The notes under the pieces were generated by a model. The model searched no databases, was not told the origin of the DNA, and was given only the letters and a program-made list of their open reading frames with translations. Of a stretch of DNA of 64,000 bases, positions 23,001 to 37,035 are shown piece after piece (positions within the stretch are counted from its first letter, which is position 1; each line of letters opens with the position of its first letter). The stretch lies in the NCBI GenBank assembly GCA_002269645.1, contig NIVC01000851.1, forward strand, positions 124,001-188,000, in the 5' to 3' direction. A program made the translations under genes and the position numbers. This DNA comes from Macrostomum lignano. Its lineage: Eukaryota.

Positions 23001-25202
23001 TGGTTGGCCATGTCGTCGTTGCCGAAAGAGAATGAATAGCCGGCTAGCCAATAGGAGAAGCCACCGAACACCACGTCCGCAACGTTCTTCACCATAATGT
23101 TGACCTCGTTTTTGGCCGTGCACGAGCCGGACTCAAGCAGACCAAATCCTAGTGGAGTTCATAGGGTACAGGTTGTAGTTCGATGCACGTTGAACATGCA
23201 TGGTCAAGTCGTGCATGATGGTAATTTGTACAAATTGGTTGGCCGCATTACTGTACTCGTAACTCTGCGTTCTACGCTTCCCAACAGCCAACACTAAACG
23301 TTTGAGAGATCAATACGTCTCACCGCTTTGCATCGTGAAAATGCTGAATGTTGACGATAATATCCATATAGCGTCACTTTGCAGCTCCCGAACAAGTGGC
23401 GCCTGAGTTGCTGTCGAGGACATGTTTTCACGGAGCCTTTGCTTCGTCTTTCTTGGCTGCTCTAGAAAATTTCTCGCTAGACTGGGCAACAAACCCCTAC
23501 ACCTGTATATTTCCGTTTCCTTCTTTCTTGTTTTGTTTCCAGGCTGATTGGCTCGGAGTGATCAACAAACGTCTCATCTTACACTATCACCTGTTGCCAG
23601 GTGCAGTCTTGGGTATAGTCTTTTGCATCATCCCCTTTCATCCCACTTTGGTGCAGTCGAAATCTTTCTCTTCATACTTCACAATGACAAAATTATTCAT
23701 TTCCCCAGAGGTATCTCGCTCTTAGCTCTCGATCTTATCCCTTTGCTGATGCAGTTGTTATTTGTGGTGCTTTTGAAGACTTTCATTTTGGGCAAAGGTT
23801 TAAAACCAAAAGTAAACCACAGATTACTACTAAGTCAAAATGAAAAAGGAAAGATTTGGGAGTATTTGGGAGTAGGATCGTAGCTATTGGATATTTGATG
23901 AGAATTTCACAGCTTAATGAATCCTAGTTATCAGGTCTGCAGAAGTTATTTCTTTAAATATCGATCGTTATGGGTAGGGTATTTGTTTTGAAACGCGATT
24001 GAAACCGCAGATTCATCTATATTAGTTAGATGTCAATCCAGCATTCCAGGTTAGGGCCACTGACACCAGCCGTCGCTGGTAGTGCTTGAGAGGAGCAGAA
24101 GCTATAGGACCATGGTCTGAACCCCTGGGTTTTCGCGCTGCAACCAGGAATATAAAATCTGTGATTGAATCGCTCTAAATTTATCCGCCGTCACTATAGA
24201 CACTCGTGCGCTTGATGCAGAATTCTTGGAAAGACCATGACCACTCTCATTGAGCTCTTGGCGTAGATATTTGACTGTTAAGGCAAGAAGACGTCGAAAA
24301 AAGACAGAATTAGAGGAAGCTATATACTGTAGATGACTGTGCAGCAAGTCCTAATAGGGGTTGGGTTGGGAATTATTAATAACACAAGTTAGAGCAGTAT
24401 ACTGAAGCGTCTTATCAGTATTGGATACTGATGTGTCCTATGCACTGATTATAACATTTTTGTATGCGTGTAGTATGAAATAATGGCAAGAGGAAATTTG
24501 ACAGACAGAGTGTAAAATCTCCATCGTGAATAATCACACTCGGGAAGTTTGTCTTATGAAAATAGCTAGCTGCGTGATTGTGATATGATGTCATGATATC
24601 CGGGGCTTTTTGTGTTTTTATATAGCAGAACATATTCATGTCTTTATACTCTCGCAAATTAAGTAATTTTAGTATGCGTTAAGATTATCGTAAATAACAA
24701 AACGAAACAAAAATACACCTCTAAAAAGTCTTACCCCTCTATCAATAGGGTTTTTTGGTAAGTGGACGAAAGTAAGAATACCACAAAATGAAAAGATCCT
24801 ATATATTATCCATATTTCAGAAGTTGGTGTTTAGTATATTCTGACTAGCAATCTGCGCCCCCCCCCCCCAACGAGGGGGCAACAAAGAAAGGGATAATAA
24901 ATTTTAATTAAAAATTCTGAATTTCCATTAGGCTTTTAAATATCCAAAATTTCCCTTAGTAATATTGTTCATTTTCAACTTCCAGCTTTACTTTTGCTTG
25001 CGTTAGTGCCTATAAAAATAATTAGACACGAACCGCTCTGCATTGTGAAGATGATGAAGGCCGAGGTCAGCACCCAGATTGCGTCAGCTTCGCCGCTAAT
25101 TCCAGCCTTGTACATTGGCGAATAATAGTGCAGATTGTGGGGGTCGCTTTCATCGTTTCCGGCTTCTGTTAAGGCACCGGCGGCTGCGCCTTGAAGTGAC
25201 AT
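20029..25202 (-). CDS. amt: Ammonium transporter (Amt family) with two TM1-encoding first exons
   Basis: Exon 1A 25202-25034, exon 1B 23423-23324, then 23149-22605, 22134-22063, 21552-21416, 21312-21199, 21106-20985 and 20916-20029, all GT-AG and phase-consistent. Motifs: MQSGFGLLESG, SGAMAER, DIAGAGPVH, WLGFNCGS, DDPVG..VH (both pore His retained). Confidence 0.95.
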
Positions 25203-25850
25203 ATCGAGCTGGGAAGAGTGGTTGTTGCTGTTGTCGTTGTTGTACACTGCTGTCACGACGATGCTAGACCAGTTCCGACCGGCTGGGCTCTTGTCTGAAT
25301 GCGCGCAAAATGAAGCTATGCGGTCGACTTTTTCCAGACCCGTCTCTCTTCCCCTCAAGCCTCCCGCATCATCATTTCTTCCCAATCTGACTGCCCGGTA
25401 AAGCGGATTCGTGCAAAAAATTGAGCTGGAGAGGCAGACAGTAAAAGGAACTGCAGAAGCCGCCAAATCAGCTTTGAATGCTTATTTTAGGATGGCCGCG
25501 GTGCAAGACGCTCCAAGACAGCCAGTGGATTAGCGAGTTCGCATTTGGAAAGTATGAGTAGTCCAATTTGAACTGTCCGAGTCTGAGTTGAACCGTGTAT
25601 ACTACCTATGAAAAAGTTTTTACTGTTTTTTTATTATTTTTTAGTATTTTGAGTTTTATTGTATATACACTCACTGCATCTGCAGCTTCTTTTCAAATTA
25701 GCTAACTAGCCCACTTGGACCCTTTGACCTATTTTCTGTTAGAGTTAAATGCTTCAGGCTGGGGCAGGTACACTTTTCTGAAAACTGCACACTTAGGACC
25801 TTGCAAATTTGAACCCCTTAACCTGATTTCTTTGAATCTGTAATATGGGC

Positions 25851-25905
<55 letters not shown>

Positions 25906-25908
25906 GTC

Positions 25909-25961
<53 letters not shown>

Positions 25962-25964
25962 CTA

Positions 25965-26005
<41 letters not shown>

Positions 26006-26048
26006 CTAAGACAGACAGACAGACAGACAGACAGACACTAAGACACTA

Positions 26049-26085
<37 letters not shown>

Positions 26086-26100
26086 CTAAGAAAGACAGGC

Positions 26101-26163
<63 letters not shown>

Positions 26164-26244
26164 TACTAAGACAGACAGACAGACAGACAGACAGACACTA
26201 AGACAGACTGACAGACAGACAGACAGACACTAAGACAGACAGGC

Positions 26245-26303
<59 letters not shown>

Positions 26304-26335
26304 TACTAAGACAGACAGACAGACAGACAGACAAA
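25851..26335. repeat. (CAGA)n microsatellite with CACTAAGA interruptions
   Basis: Directly visible. Confidence 0.97.
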
Positions 26336-27750
26336 CAGCACTGCAGATGACGCAAGGTAGGTTTTCCAACTCTTGCTCAGGCGCACTGGGTCTGAAATTG
26401 CGGTTTTCGCTCAATGTTGCTGCTTTAAATATAAAAGGAGTTCGCGCGTATCCTTCACAAACCGCTGACACCGCTATCGATTAAATTGTGCGTTCAACTT
26501 TTGAGACAAGTTGCATATTTGCAATGTCCGTTAAGAACTGTAGTTAATGCATTTGTTCTGAATTTTTGCCTCTGAAACCAACGCTAAAAAAAGATTTCCG
26601 TGCCTTGTTTAGACATTATTTGCATGTCTACCGAAGAGGACTTCCGGCCAAGAAGATTTGGATGACTGCTCAGATTTGATTGTTTCTTTAGACTTGACAT
26701 TCGTCTCAGATTTTGTTATAAATTCATTTGACATTTAGACAGTTTTAGCTTGTCTTCTTCCATGCGTTTGTTTTCTGATTGAACCGCGCAATCAACTTTC
26801 ACTGCTGATGAAGTGACTCCAAAATTAGGAAAATGCCCTTAAAAATCTCTGAATTATAGCATTATAGCAGCGAACAATGTCCCGAAAACAGTGGCAACAC
26901 AATAAAAAAGCTAGCAGGCGGTTGAAAAATGTCTAGTAAATGACGTAGCTGGAGTCACCGACGGTGCAACAGGTCGCTTTGGACGAACCAGGCCGGCGCA
27001 GCGATTCAGAGACGCGTTGGTGACTCGCCGAAAGTCAAAGCGGTGAGAGGTTAGTCTCGATACCTTCGTACCATTGATAGCCTAGCGTCACCTCTCCGCG
27101 AAATTGAGAAAGTTTGAAGCGCAAACACTTGCATTCTCAAATGGTAGCAATTTTTTCAATGCTGCTGAATAGCTCGTATGTTTGAGCTCCGAAGTCTTTT
27201 TTAACAGCCTGCTGCAAAATAGCTAGAAAGCAAGTGAATTTGGAAGGCGGGATTCGATATTGTTTTTAGCAAAAGTAGAAGTCCCGAGCACTTTCGCCAG
27301 AGCACTAATCAGTAATCAGCCCACATGGCACAAATCTGTCAAACAATATTATATTTGAAATTGGTGGTGGATTTAATTATTGTTAATACAAAGAGAGACA
27401 TTTTAAGATAAGTAAGTTTTACATAAGTAAAAGTACGTTGAGTCTAATTTTATAATTTTTGTAACATTTGCTCTTTAAAGAAACTTTGGAGAACGGATTC
27501 AAAATCAATCTGACCGCATCGTAAAAGATGTCTATTGGTTGTAGGTAAATGTTTTACCTTTCTAGTATTTTTGCAAGCAATAAAAAGTTGTTAAGACCGC
27601 GGCATATGAGTTGATAGAAATTGAGTTATGACAAAGTATACATCTCCTCAACAGGTTACTTGCAAAAGTAGTTTAGTTGGATTTTTGCATCTAGTTTATA
27701 TATTAAAAACAGACAGTTCAGCATGTACGAGCTAACAGGGGAAGGGGGAT

Positions 27751-30700
27751 TTATTCAACAATTTCCACTGATCGGCTGGTGGTCTGGCCGCCGGCAGTTC
27801 CGCCGCCTCTAGGGTAGTTTGTCATCCAGGATGTCAGTCGCTCCTTCACATTCATGTGGCCTCCGAGAATGTCGGCGGGAGTGGACTGCAGCTTCACGGA
27901 CGTGTTGCAGAACACCTGTGCAGAAGGATGGTTTTGGAGTTGAAACAGTTATTAGCATGAAGATGCAGCATGAAGCACCGCGAGCAAGCAGCGGTCACTA
28001 TGAAGTTCGGCGAAGTCATTGGCTCTGAACTCAATGAGAGTAACAATAAGATACACCCAGGTACAAAGCTTTAGGCTTTATCGACCCATAAATCAGCGCT
28101 GAATCCTAAGCAAATACAAGCGCTCCAATACCGTACGCAAGGGGGGCCGTAGCCCAGCGGTAGCGCAGCTGCTCTGGTGTGCCAGCGACCCAGGCTCGAT
28201 TCCAAGTGCAGTCACATTAATTTGGGGCTGAATTGGAATCTCGGCTTGGCTCTGCTCGTGCAATTAACGGCCTTGAGAGCCAACCCCCAAGGCGCAGTGA
28301 AGTGTACATGCCTAACGATAATATAAAGTTAGGGCCGCTGTACACTCCTGCGTGAGTGTGTGCCTGCGTACGTATCCGCGCGCTTGTATGCCTGCTCAGG
28401 GGAGTCGGCGGAATGGGCAGTAATGCCTCTCGCCGGTTGTGTGCCTATGTCGCTTAAAGTGCGCTAGGGTGCACACAGCCCCCCTGCCTCTAATAAAAAA
28501 AATACTGTACGCAGGCACGAGCTCACACAGGGTGTACAGCGGCCATGACTTTCCAATCGTCAGGCATGTACTCTCTCTGTGCCTTGTGGGTTGGGCCTCA
28601 TGACTGTGAATCGCACTTACGATCGCACCCCAATTACGTGCACACAGGCCCCAAATTAATCTTGAGAGGGGGTGAAAATAATCCAAATCTATCCAGAGGG
28701 AATCGTAAATCAAATAAGTAATTAAAAATATAGATGTTTTAACGCTAGGAATGCTGAGTTAGTGCTTAAAAACTATCACTTTCCATCTCGCTATTGAATT
28801 CTGTAGCGAAAATCGCACGATTGTCACGACCTTCTTTCTACCTTTGTTGTCGATGGTTATTCTATTAAGTTCACAGTTTAAGTTTTAACTGCTATACTGC
28901 TATGCCTTCCAACTTACCGTAGCCTGCAGGTTGACCAGCTCGGTGCTGTGGAAGGCTGCCCCGTCCTGCTGTAGCGGCACAATGCGAGACGCTTCAATCG
29001 ATGCTAGCTGGCGTGTTTTTGCCTCGCGCAGCTTTGAGTAGTCCGAGGTTCGCGCTACAAAATCGCTGAAGTCATTAATCGCCTTCTCCTTCTGGCGGTG
29101 GTCCTCGCGAAGCTCCGAGTACAGCGCCTGCTCTTCCGAGACTTCCTGATCCCGCTTGGCGTCCATGAGCTCCGACTGGGTCTTGGCAACCAGAAGTGTC
29201 TCCTGCTCCGTGCACTTGTTGATCCAGTCCAGTGCCTCCCGGTCTGGTGTGACAGGCCGCACCTGCTCCAGCTCCAGCTCCCGCTGCACCTCGTCCCACA
29301 CCTCGCCAAGCTTGTAGTCCAGGTAGCGCTCGATCAGCGTCAGAGTCACGTGATCTTCAGCATTGATGCCCGGCAGGTCGACAAAGCCGATCCGGTAGAA
29401 CAGAGCATAGATCTTGGCGCGCACGTTCTCGGCGACTTCAACGATCGATCGGCTTGGCCAGTTGGCCGGCTGCGGCGTCACCGGCTGCTTGCGCTGGTCG
29501 TCGCCCATCAGTGGAGACAGCAGGTCACCGATGGAGCCGTCTGGCCGGCGCGGACAACCAATGCTGGCTTCGGTGTCGCGCCACAACGCGCAGAACAGAT
29601 GCGGAGCCGTCACCTCGCAGCCGCCTTTCCAGGTCTTCAAGTGCGGCAGAGTTTTCTCGTTCTCGCTGAGATCGAGAAGCACGCCAAGAATGAGGCTGTG
29701 CAAATCCGACGGGCAACGTTCCAGCAAGTCCAGCAGCAGATACACGCCCTCTCGTTCAAGGAAGCAGTCCTCCGTGGTGTAAGAGCCGACCACGCAGCAC
29801 CATACAGCGTCGATGGCACCAATAACGAGCTGGTAGTGACCAAGACCAGAGCTCAGAAGCCCCGGGTCCGTGCGCAGGAACTGCACTAGGGTAGCTACAC
29901 CAGACGGGCCGAACAGGTCTTTATTGTGCAGACTGTTCTCGCAGAGACCGCTGAGGATGCCCAGCATCTCGCGCTTCATCTCCAAGTCGATGGTGTCGTC
30001 GTCATTCACTGCGGCTGTTGCAGCTTGTCCGGTTCGGTTCCCGGCCGACACAGAAGAGGCCAGAATCTCGCTTAGGGCACCGATAGCATCTTGGTCAACA
30101 AAGTCGGCCAGGATGTCCGGGTTGTTGGTGGTCACCATCGCCGAGATCGCTCGCAAGGTGCGCCGCATCTGGGCCCGCTTGCTGCCGCGGCCACCTGCGC
30201 CGTGGAAGGCGTTGCCGTAGCCGAGATAGTCGTCGCTGGCCTCCGTGCACCAGAAGAGCAATTCCAGGAGCCGGTTGCAGCCGTTGCAGCTGACGAAGTC
30301 AGCTTGCATCTTCGGTCCCACGGTAGCAAGGGCGGACAAAGCCAGCAGCTGCAGCTCCTCAACGTAGGCCGGCGGCAGCTCTCTCGGTTTGCTTGTTGGC
30401 TCATTCGGCTTCACATAGGAGAGCAGAGCCAGCATGAAGTGGCCTTCAGACAGAACAGGCAGGGCACAGGGATCGCTGGATAGGCTGACGAGCGTGCTTA
30501 TGAGCAGCTTCTTGAGTTCAAAATCCTCGTGGTTCTTCGACAGTTTCAGGTTCCTGACCAGTGGGCTGTGACTCTTGACCTCCTCGAAGGTTGCGAACAG
30601 AGTCAACTGCTTGAGAAAGCCGACCTCGATGAACGGCGCCCTACAGTCGGTAGCGGCCAGGAGTTGCACCAACACCAGAACGTCGTTCCTTAACTGACGG

Positions 30701-31761
30701 TCGAACACGGAAAATGTCCTTGGCAGCAGATAGACAAAAGCCTCGCGCAGTTGAGCGACGCACTCCTGACAGGCAAGCTGCTTGGCAACTTGCTCAGAAT
30801 CGCCATGCTGCATCAGGTTCCAGAGGATCTCAACCGAGCGGAACAGCAGTTCACCGGACGGATCCGGGTCTGTCATACGGCTGCACAGAGTGTAGGCGGC
30901 GTTGACGCTGAGCATCTGGATGCAGCAGCGGGTAGAGTTACCCGACAGCTTCTGTAGCAAACTGATGACCGCCAGGCGAACTGTCAGGTCTTTGTCCAAA
31001 AGCTTAAGGGTTCGAACCAGCGTCTCAGAGATGTCGCTCTCCTCACAGATGGCCTGGTTGTATCTGGGGAGTTAGAAAGAATAGGAACAGGTATATAAAC
31101 TATTACTTACGCTCGTACAATCATACTAGTAGCCATACCGCTCAATAAAGCATTCCCAAACTACTCACTTTCTCCCAGCTGGTTTGTGATCCCTGACGTC
31201 TTGTGGCGGCGGCTCGCCGTCGTAGATCTGCGCCAGCGTCCGACAAATCTGCAGTCGGACTCGGCTGACGTCGACGCGCATGAGAAAAGCGAGCTGAGAT
31301 GCCGTCTCTACGCTGATCTGACGGTAAGCGAGCTCGTCTGATGCCTTCTCCATGAGGAAGGGCAGCGCGCAGACGCACAGACAGTCAACCAGGGGCTCCA
31401 CGTAGCAGACCAGACCCTCCTCGATGCGATCTGCGCAGATGTTAAGAATTCGTCGCACCTGCACAAGGTCCTTCATAAGGAAGCCCTGCTTGTAGTGGCG
31501 CAGAAGACGTTCAATTGCCATCACGTGCCGGTCATACAGACCTGCGTAGTGCGGATCCGTGAGCACCTTGAGCACGCGTTCCAGGTCAACTGTTTGCAGC
31601 TTCTCACCGACAACATTGCCAATGTCCTCGTCACTGATGATGTGCGTAACTATGGGGATTTTCTGGTTCTCCAGCTTCTGTGAGATTTCAGTCAGAGAAA
31701 GGCCACCAGGAGGCAGAGACGATGACCCTCCACCAGCGAAGGCTTGGGTCTTTGTTGCCAT
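27751..31761 (-). CDS. CFAP69: Cilia- and flagella-associated protein 69, 3 exons, ~967 aa
   Basis: Exons 31761-31169, 31063-28918 and 27915-27751, in phase. Motifs LERVLKVL..QGFLMKDL..ILNIC, LPFLMEKASDELAY, LRNDVLV, EDFELKKLL, FLEREGVYLLLDLL, RAKIYAL, QSTP match recalled CFAP69. Confidence 0.9.
28050..28665 (-). mobile_element. Older, 5'-truncated SINE copy split by a younger copy
   Basis: The reverse complement of 28501-28665 matches the SINE core (ATTAATTTGGGG...CAAGGCACAG..GTACATGCCTGAC..GGCCGCTGTACAC). The reverse complement of ~28090-28139 continues it (TGCGTACGGTATT..GCGCTTGTA). Confidence 0.7.
28141..28500 (+). mobile_element. tRNA-derived SINE, copy 1
   Basis: A-box TAGCCCAGCGG and B-box-like GGCTCGATTCC; TAATAAAAAA tail; 13-bp TSD AATAC(C/T)GTACGCA; nearly identical to 41647-42003. 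Confidence 0.9.
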
Positions 31762-33552
31762 ATCAGGAACAGTCAAAGCATTAAAAAATATTAGTTTGTC
31801 AGTATTTTTAGAAACTGCATTTTAGTGAGCAAAAATAACATGTTTAGATATTTATTGGTAAGATACATGTTGCATAAGACCTAAAGCTCTTAAAATTTAA
31901 TTATATATACTTTATAATACATAGTTATTTTTATTACATGGTCACTGTATGCCAAGGAACTATTGTATAAAAAGAAGCTTCTCTGTTTAACAAAAGTCTT
32001 TTTAATCATGCATATTTATTTTGATAAATGGATGCTTTGTATAGATGGACTTCTAACTATAAATAAAGTATTTTAATCTGAATGAAAATCTTTATCTGAA
32101 TAAAAAAAGCTGAAAATTTTATAAACACTAATTGTTTATGTTAAGAACAAATATAAAAATGTGCATTAAGTAAACATTGTTGTGGAATGAATCATAAATA
32201 AAATAAACATATTTCCTTATCTGGTAACGAGCTATAAATAAAAATAAAAATACTGCGGTGCATATTTCTGCTTTGAACATCTTCGGCTTCTTATTTATTG
32301 CTAAATATTTCAATGCGTTGCTTGACTCGTGCTAGTATGAATCATTGTGTTAGCAACACAATAAATTTATATTAATTTGGTGCTATTTCAGTTTTTTTAT
32401 CTTTATGAACACTAAAAAACAGCATTTCAACACTGTGTTTAGATATATATAAAGTAGTTTCTTTTAATCCATAGAATACGGAAAAAATATCCAAGTAACA
32501 ATTACTTCTACTGCACAAGCTGTTCAAACTAACTGTTCGATATATTTAATCCAACAGAATAAAATCGGGTTTTAAGCTATAATTAGAAATAACTAGACAT
32601 AAAACAACTTATTGGAGTGAGACTAAAAGATTACAATATCAACAAACAAACTTAGAAAAAGCATCGTGAAGCTAAAGTATTTTTACTGTTTTATAAAAAG
32701 ACAGTATTTTACAAGTTAAATTTTTGTTTAGCGACAGATAATATTAAAAACCTATTTAACAGAAAAGTATAAAAATGCAACATTTTCATTTTGCATAACT
32801 AAAAAAAGTTTAAATGTTTTGTATCTTTCTCCAGTTTCAATTGTTCCTACTTTTGCCCAATAGTTTTGTTATAATGTTACTAACTTTTTAAAATCGTCAT
32901 GCTAGTTGGGCCAAGCGTGAACTCTCAGCTACAGTAGAAAGGGAGTGAATCCTACATAATACTAAAAATGATTTGTCTCTCATTGAGGTAGGTATGTGTA
33001 TGATCTGCAGCCTCACTGATTCTGTCCTGGAATGAAAAAGGCACATATGAAAGCCAAATTTACTGGGTTCATCGTACCTTATTCGATGCGTTTGTTCTTA
33101 GCAATTTGTCTAAATGACGACGAAAAACTTCGTAGAGTATTTTATTCGTTTTATAGATTTAAATAAAATCTAAATGCATCAAATAAGTAGCTTTATTGTA
33201 CTAATGAGTTAACTTCATAAAACCTGAATGATTCGTAGCGTTTGTCTTACAGCCATTAAACGATACATCATGATGCACGTTAAACCAAGCGCTTCGGTTT
33301 AATTTCGAAAGTTCCTCAGCTTAAAAAAGGTTTAAGCTGAGGTCTTAGTGTGACGAATAAGGCGAATAAGACGAATTTGTGTAGCGGTTAATTTAGATAG
33401 TTCACGATTAGTTAGCAGATCGGCAAGCCGCTTCAACCCTTAGACTTTTGCTAGTGTTACTTAAAATTGCTGGATCAGTTATAATTAACTAATTGGTGGG
33501 CCAAGGTAGACGGCGGAAGAGTTGGTGTAAGGAGGCCAGACAGCGTCACAGC

Positions 33553-34480
33553 TAGGGATTCCAATCCCGGGATCCCGGGATCCCGGGATCCCGGGATTGG
33601 GGCCAAAAATCCGGGATTTGAATCCCGGGATTTTTTTGGGAATCGAATCCCGGGATTTTTAATCCCGGGATTGCAAAAGTCCGGGATCGGGATCCCGGGA
33701 TTTCAAGGCCTTAATCCCGGGATTGGTCCGGGATTAGAACAACCTTTCAATGCCTAAATTAGATAATTTAAAGTCTAAACGTTTATTTGAATAATAAAAC
33801 ATTTATTTGTTTTTGCTGTTTCTCAATGAAAAGTTACACATTTGCAAAGCTCCTGTCCTAATTGAGCTAAAAATTGTTAATGTGAACTGTAAATGATAGA
33901 TAATTTTAACTTTTTTTCGTTTTCCACCACGAGACGAGACTGAGGGCCTTTTCATATTGCTTGCTCTGGTTCCAGAACCAGAACCAATTTGTGAAGTATA
34001 ACTTTTTGTCTCCATAACTAGAGGGAGATACGTGCTATAAAGTTTTTATTATTGAATGGCAATCGCCAAAAAGAAAGTGAAAAATCGTGCAAAGTGAGGC
34101 TGTTAAGGCAGTCAAATATTAACAGAGTTTAATAGTTATACTGCTGTTTTTCTTGGAATTCCGAACCGATTCTGGTTCTGGAATTGGTAATATGAAAAGG
34201 CCCTGAGACTCTGAGAGTCGCGAGACCATGACTACTGCACGCGGCACGCCGCACAGTCCGTCTAGCTTAGGGATTCCAATCCCGGGATCCCGGGATTGGG
34301 GCCAAAAATCCGGGATTTGAATCCCGGGATTTTTTTGGGAATCGAATCCCGGGATTTTTAATCCCGGGATTGCAAAAGCACCGGGATTCCGGGATTTTGA
34401 ATCCCGGGATTTCAACAGCATCGGGATTTCGGGACTATTCAATCCCGGGATTGTAAAATGTCGGGATTTTGGAATCCCTA
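33553..34480. mobile_element. hAT-type MITE with dense CCCGGGAT subterminal repeats
   Basis: TIRs TAGGGATTCC / GGAATCCCTA; perfect 8-bp TSD GTCACAGC; a second copy of the left-end block begins at 34269. Confidence 0.85.
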
Positions 34481-35774
34481 GTCACAGCTAAGGGTTAGCA
34501 AGCCTAGGTCTAGAGAAGCGAAGCAAGGGGAAGGGCGAGAGCGGCTGCTGACTGCAGTGTAAGCATATATTTAAAGGTAAACAGATAACAACAACACCCT
34601 TAATCCAAAACCCAGACAAACAACCCCCAACGCGGCGCGCAATGTACATGTACAAATTAATCGATAAATATATCAAGCAAGAATAACATATGTCAGTACA
34701 AGTACATAGGTAGAACTACTTTACGAGAAATAACGATATGAATGAAATACAAATAATAGGATAAATACATACGAGGCTACAAAAACAAAGCAATTAACAG
34801 TAAAAATAGCGCGATAATAATACGTACGAATATTGTTAAAATAAATGAAAGAATACAGTAGTACGAGCTAGTACGGTTTGCATATGAAACTAAAGAAATA
34901 AGAATAAGAAATACACGCTTCTACGAATCACACTGTCACATTAGGTTTAAGCCTAAGACAATAAGTGGTTTTTTGTAGATCTGTTACAATGAACTGCGGC
35001 ACTATAGGATGAGATTTCGCCTAGCTAATGCAGTAGTTTCTGTAATCGAATTGATATCCAACGAGAGCGCCTTACCAATTTATTTATGCCGAATGAACTT
35101 TGAATAAAAAATTCTGAAATTAGTCAGATTATATTCAATTTCCGAGCTGCTACACATTTGTTAAGCATTTCTGGGCGGTTTGCCTGTTGTAGATGGGGCC
35201 TGCTATTGCATCACTACCGCACGTTAAACTACATGTAATCATCACTGAGTTTTCTGACCTCCCATTCCTGTCGCATATTCAGCCCCAATATGCAGCATGA
35301 TCGTAATAGGGACTTATAGATATAACATGTAGTGTCAATAGTAGCTGCCGTAAAGTATAGTATAGCATGAGAAATATGTCACAGCTTGCAGAACAGCGTG
35401 AATACTGGCGGGCGTCAAACTTCTGGGTTTGGTTACCGGGGGGGGGGGCAGATCTGAAGCTGCATGTATTTTGTATAGAATCCAGTAGCGATTTGTTTTA
35501 ACTAGTGCCAAAATTTCTAATGTCTCGAAACATCACCCTCATCGAGACCTGACATGTACAGGTTTTACCATAGACAAATTCGGTGGAAAAAATCCTTTTT
35601 CTTGAGAGTATATTAAATGCACTAGCAATATGACAAATTGCTTCGATTTAGGTTTGTCAAGGAGCCGCAAGGAGGCCCTCCTTACCGGCCTCCAGCTCAA
35701 TTCTAAGAAAATCAAGTGCAGCGTCCTACTTCTTACAGGCGGAAAGGTTCGTTCTCGACACTAAGTCACTAAGA

Positions 35775-36335
<561 letters not shown>

Positions 36336-37035
36336 CGCAGACACTGGGCCTTGAATAATTGAAAAAAACTTTCAAATTACACTGCAAGTAGTCCTTGGAC
36401 ATCCGCATGCATTAAGATTTAATTGTCTGGCAATCAGTTGGGACGAAAAATATTAGAATTTTCTGGGAGAAGCGGAGGAAAGCAACCGATTAACCAATCC
36501 AAATGTGACGAAGCAGCCTCGGGGAAGAATAAGTTTTTCGAGCAGGACAAAAATAGCCGCTTGAGCTTGGGTGCCGCAACGATTTGCTGAGGTGGAGCGG
36601 TTTATCTCCAGAGAAAAATGCTTTTCTGCTAGACACGGTGGGACAGAAGCCAGCTCAAAGGCGCGCAGTAAACTGGTGCCTACTTGGCAAGCAATTTCCC
36701 CAATTTGTCGGAATTCTTTCAATACGTCGCTCAGAAAATTGTTTTTCTGACGAGCAAACTCGCTGCAGCTGTCGAAAGGCAGAAAAACAAAAACGCTTTT
36801 TCAGTTTTATGTTAAAGAAAAATGAATAGCCGATTCCAGACTTGAACAGCTGCTGCAGTCTCTAAGTGCCCAAAATTCTGCCGAACCGAAAGAAAAATAG
36901 ATGAAAAACACTTACGAGTATTGCATGCAAGACTGGGCGAGTTCTAACGTTGCTTTACTTCTCGGGCATACTAGACCGACCACATTGATGTCAGTCAATC
37001 AAGTGGTTCGTTTAGGGTAGCAGTGAATCATCTTG

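Noticed and set aside
28141-28215. Functional tRNA gene (also 41647-41720)
   Set aside because: The cloverleaf does not close (acceptor, anticodon and T stems mismatch), and it continues into a SINE body with tail and TSD.
29055-30957. Overlapping and antisense ORFs within CFAP69, and similarly within AMT, iGluR and the LINE
   Set aside because: Expected shadows of GC-rich coding sequence.
33527-34987. Solo LTR (TGTAAG...GTTACA) hosting the hAT MITE
   Set aside because: No matching 4-6 bp TSD and no second LTR or internal domain.
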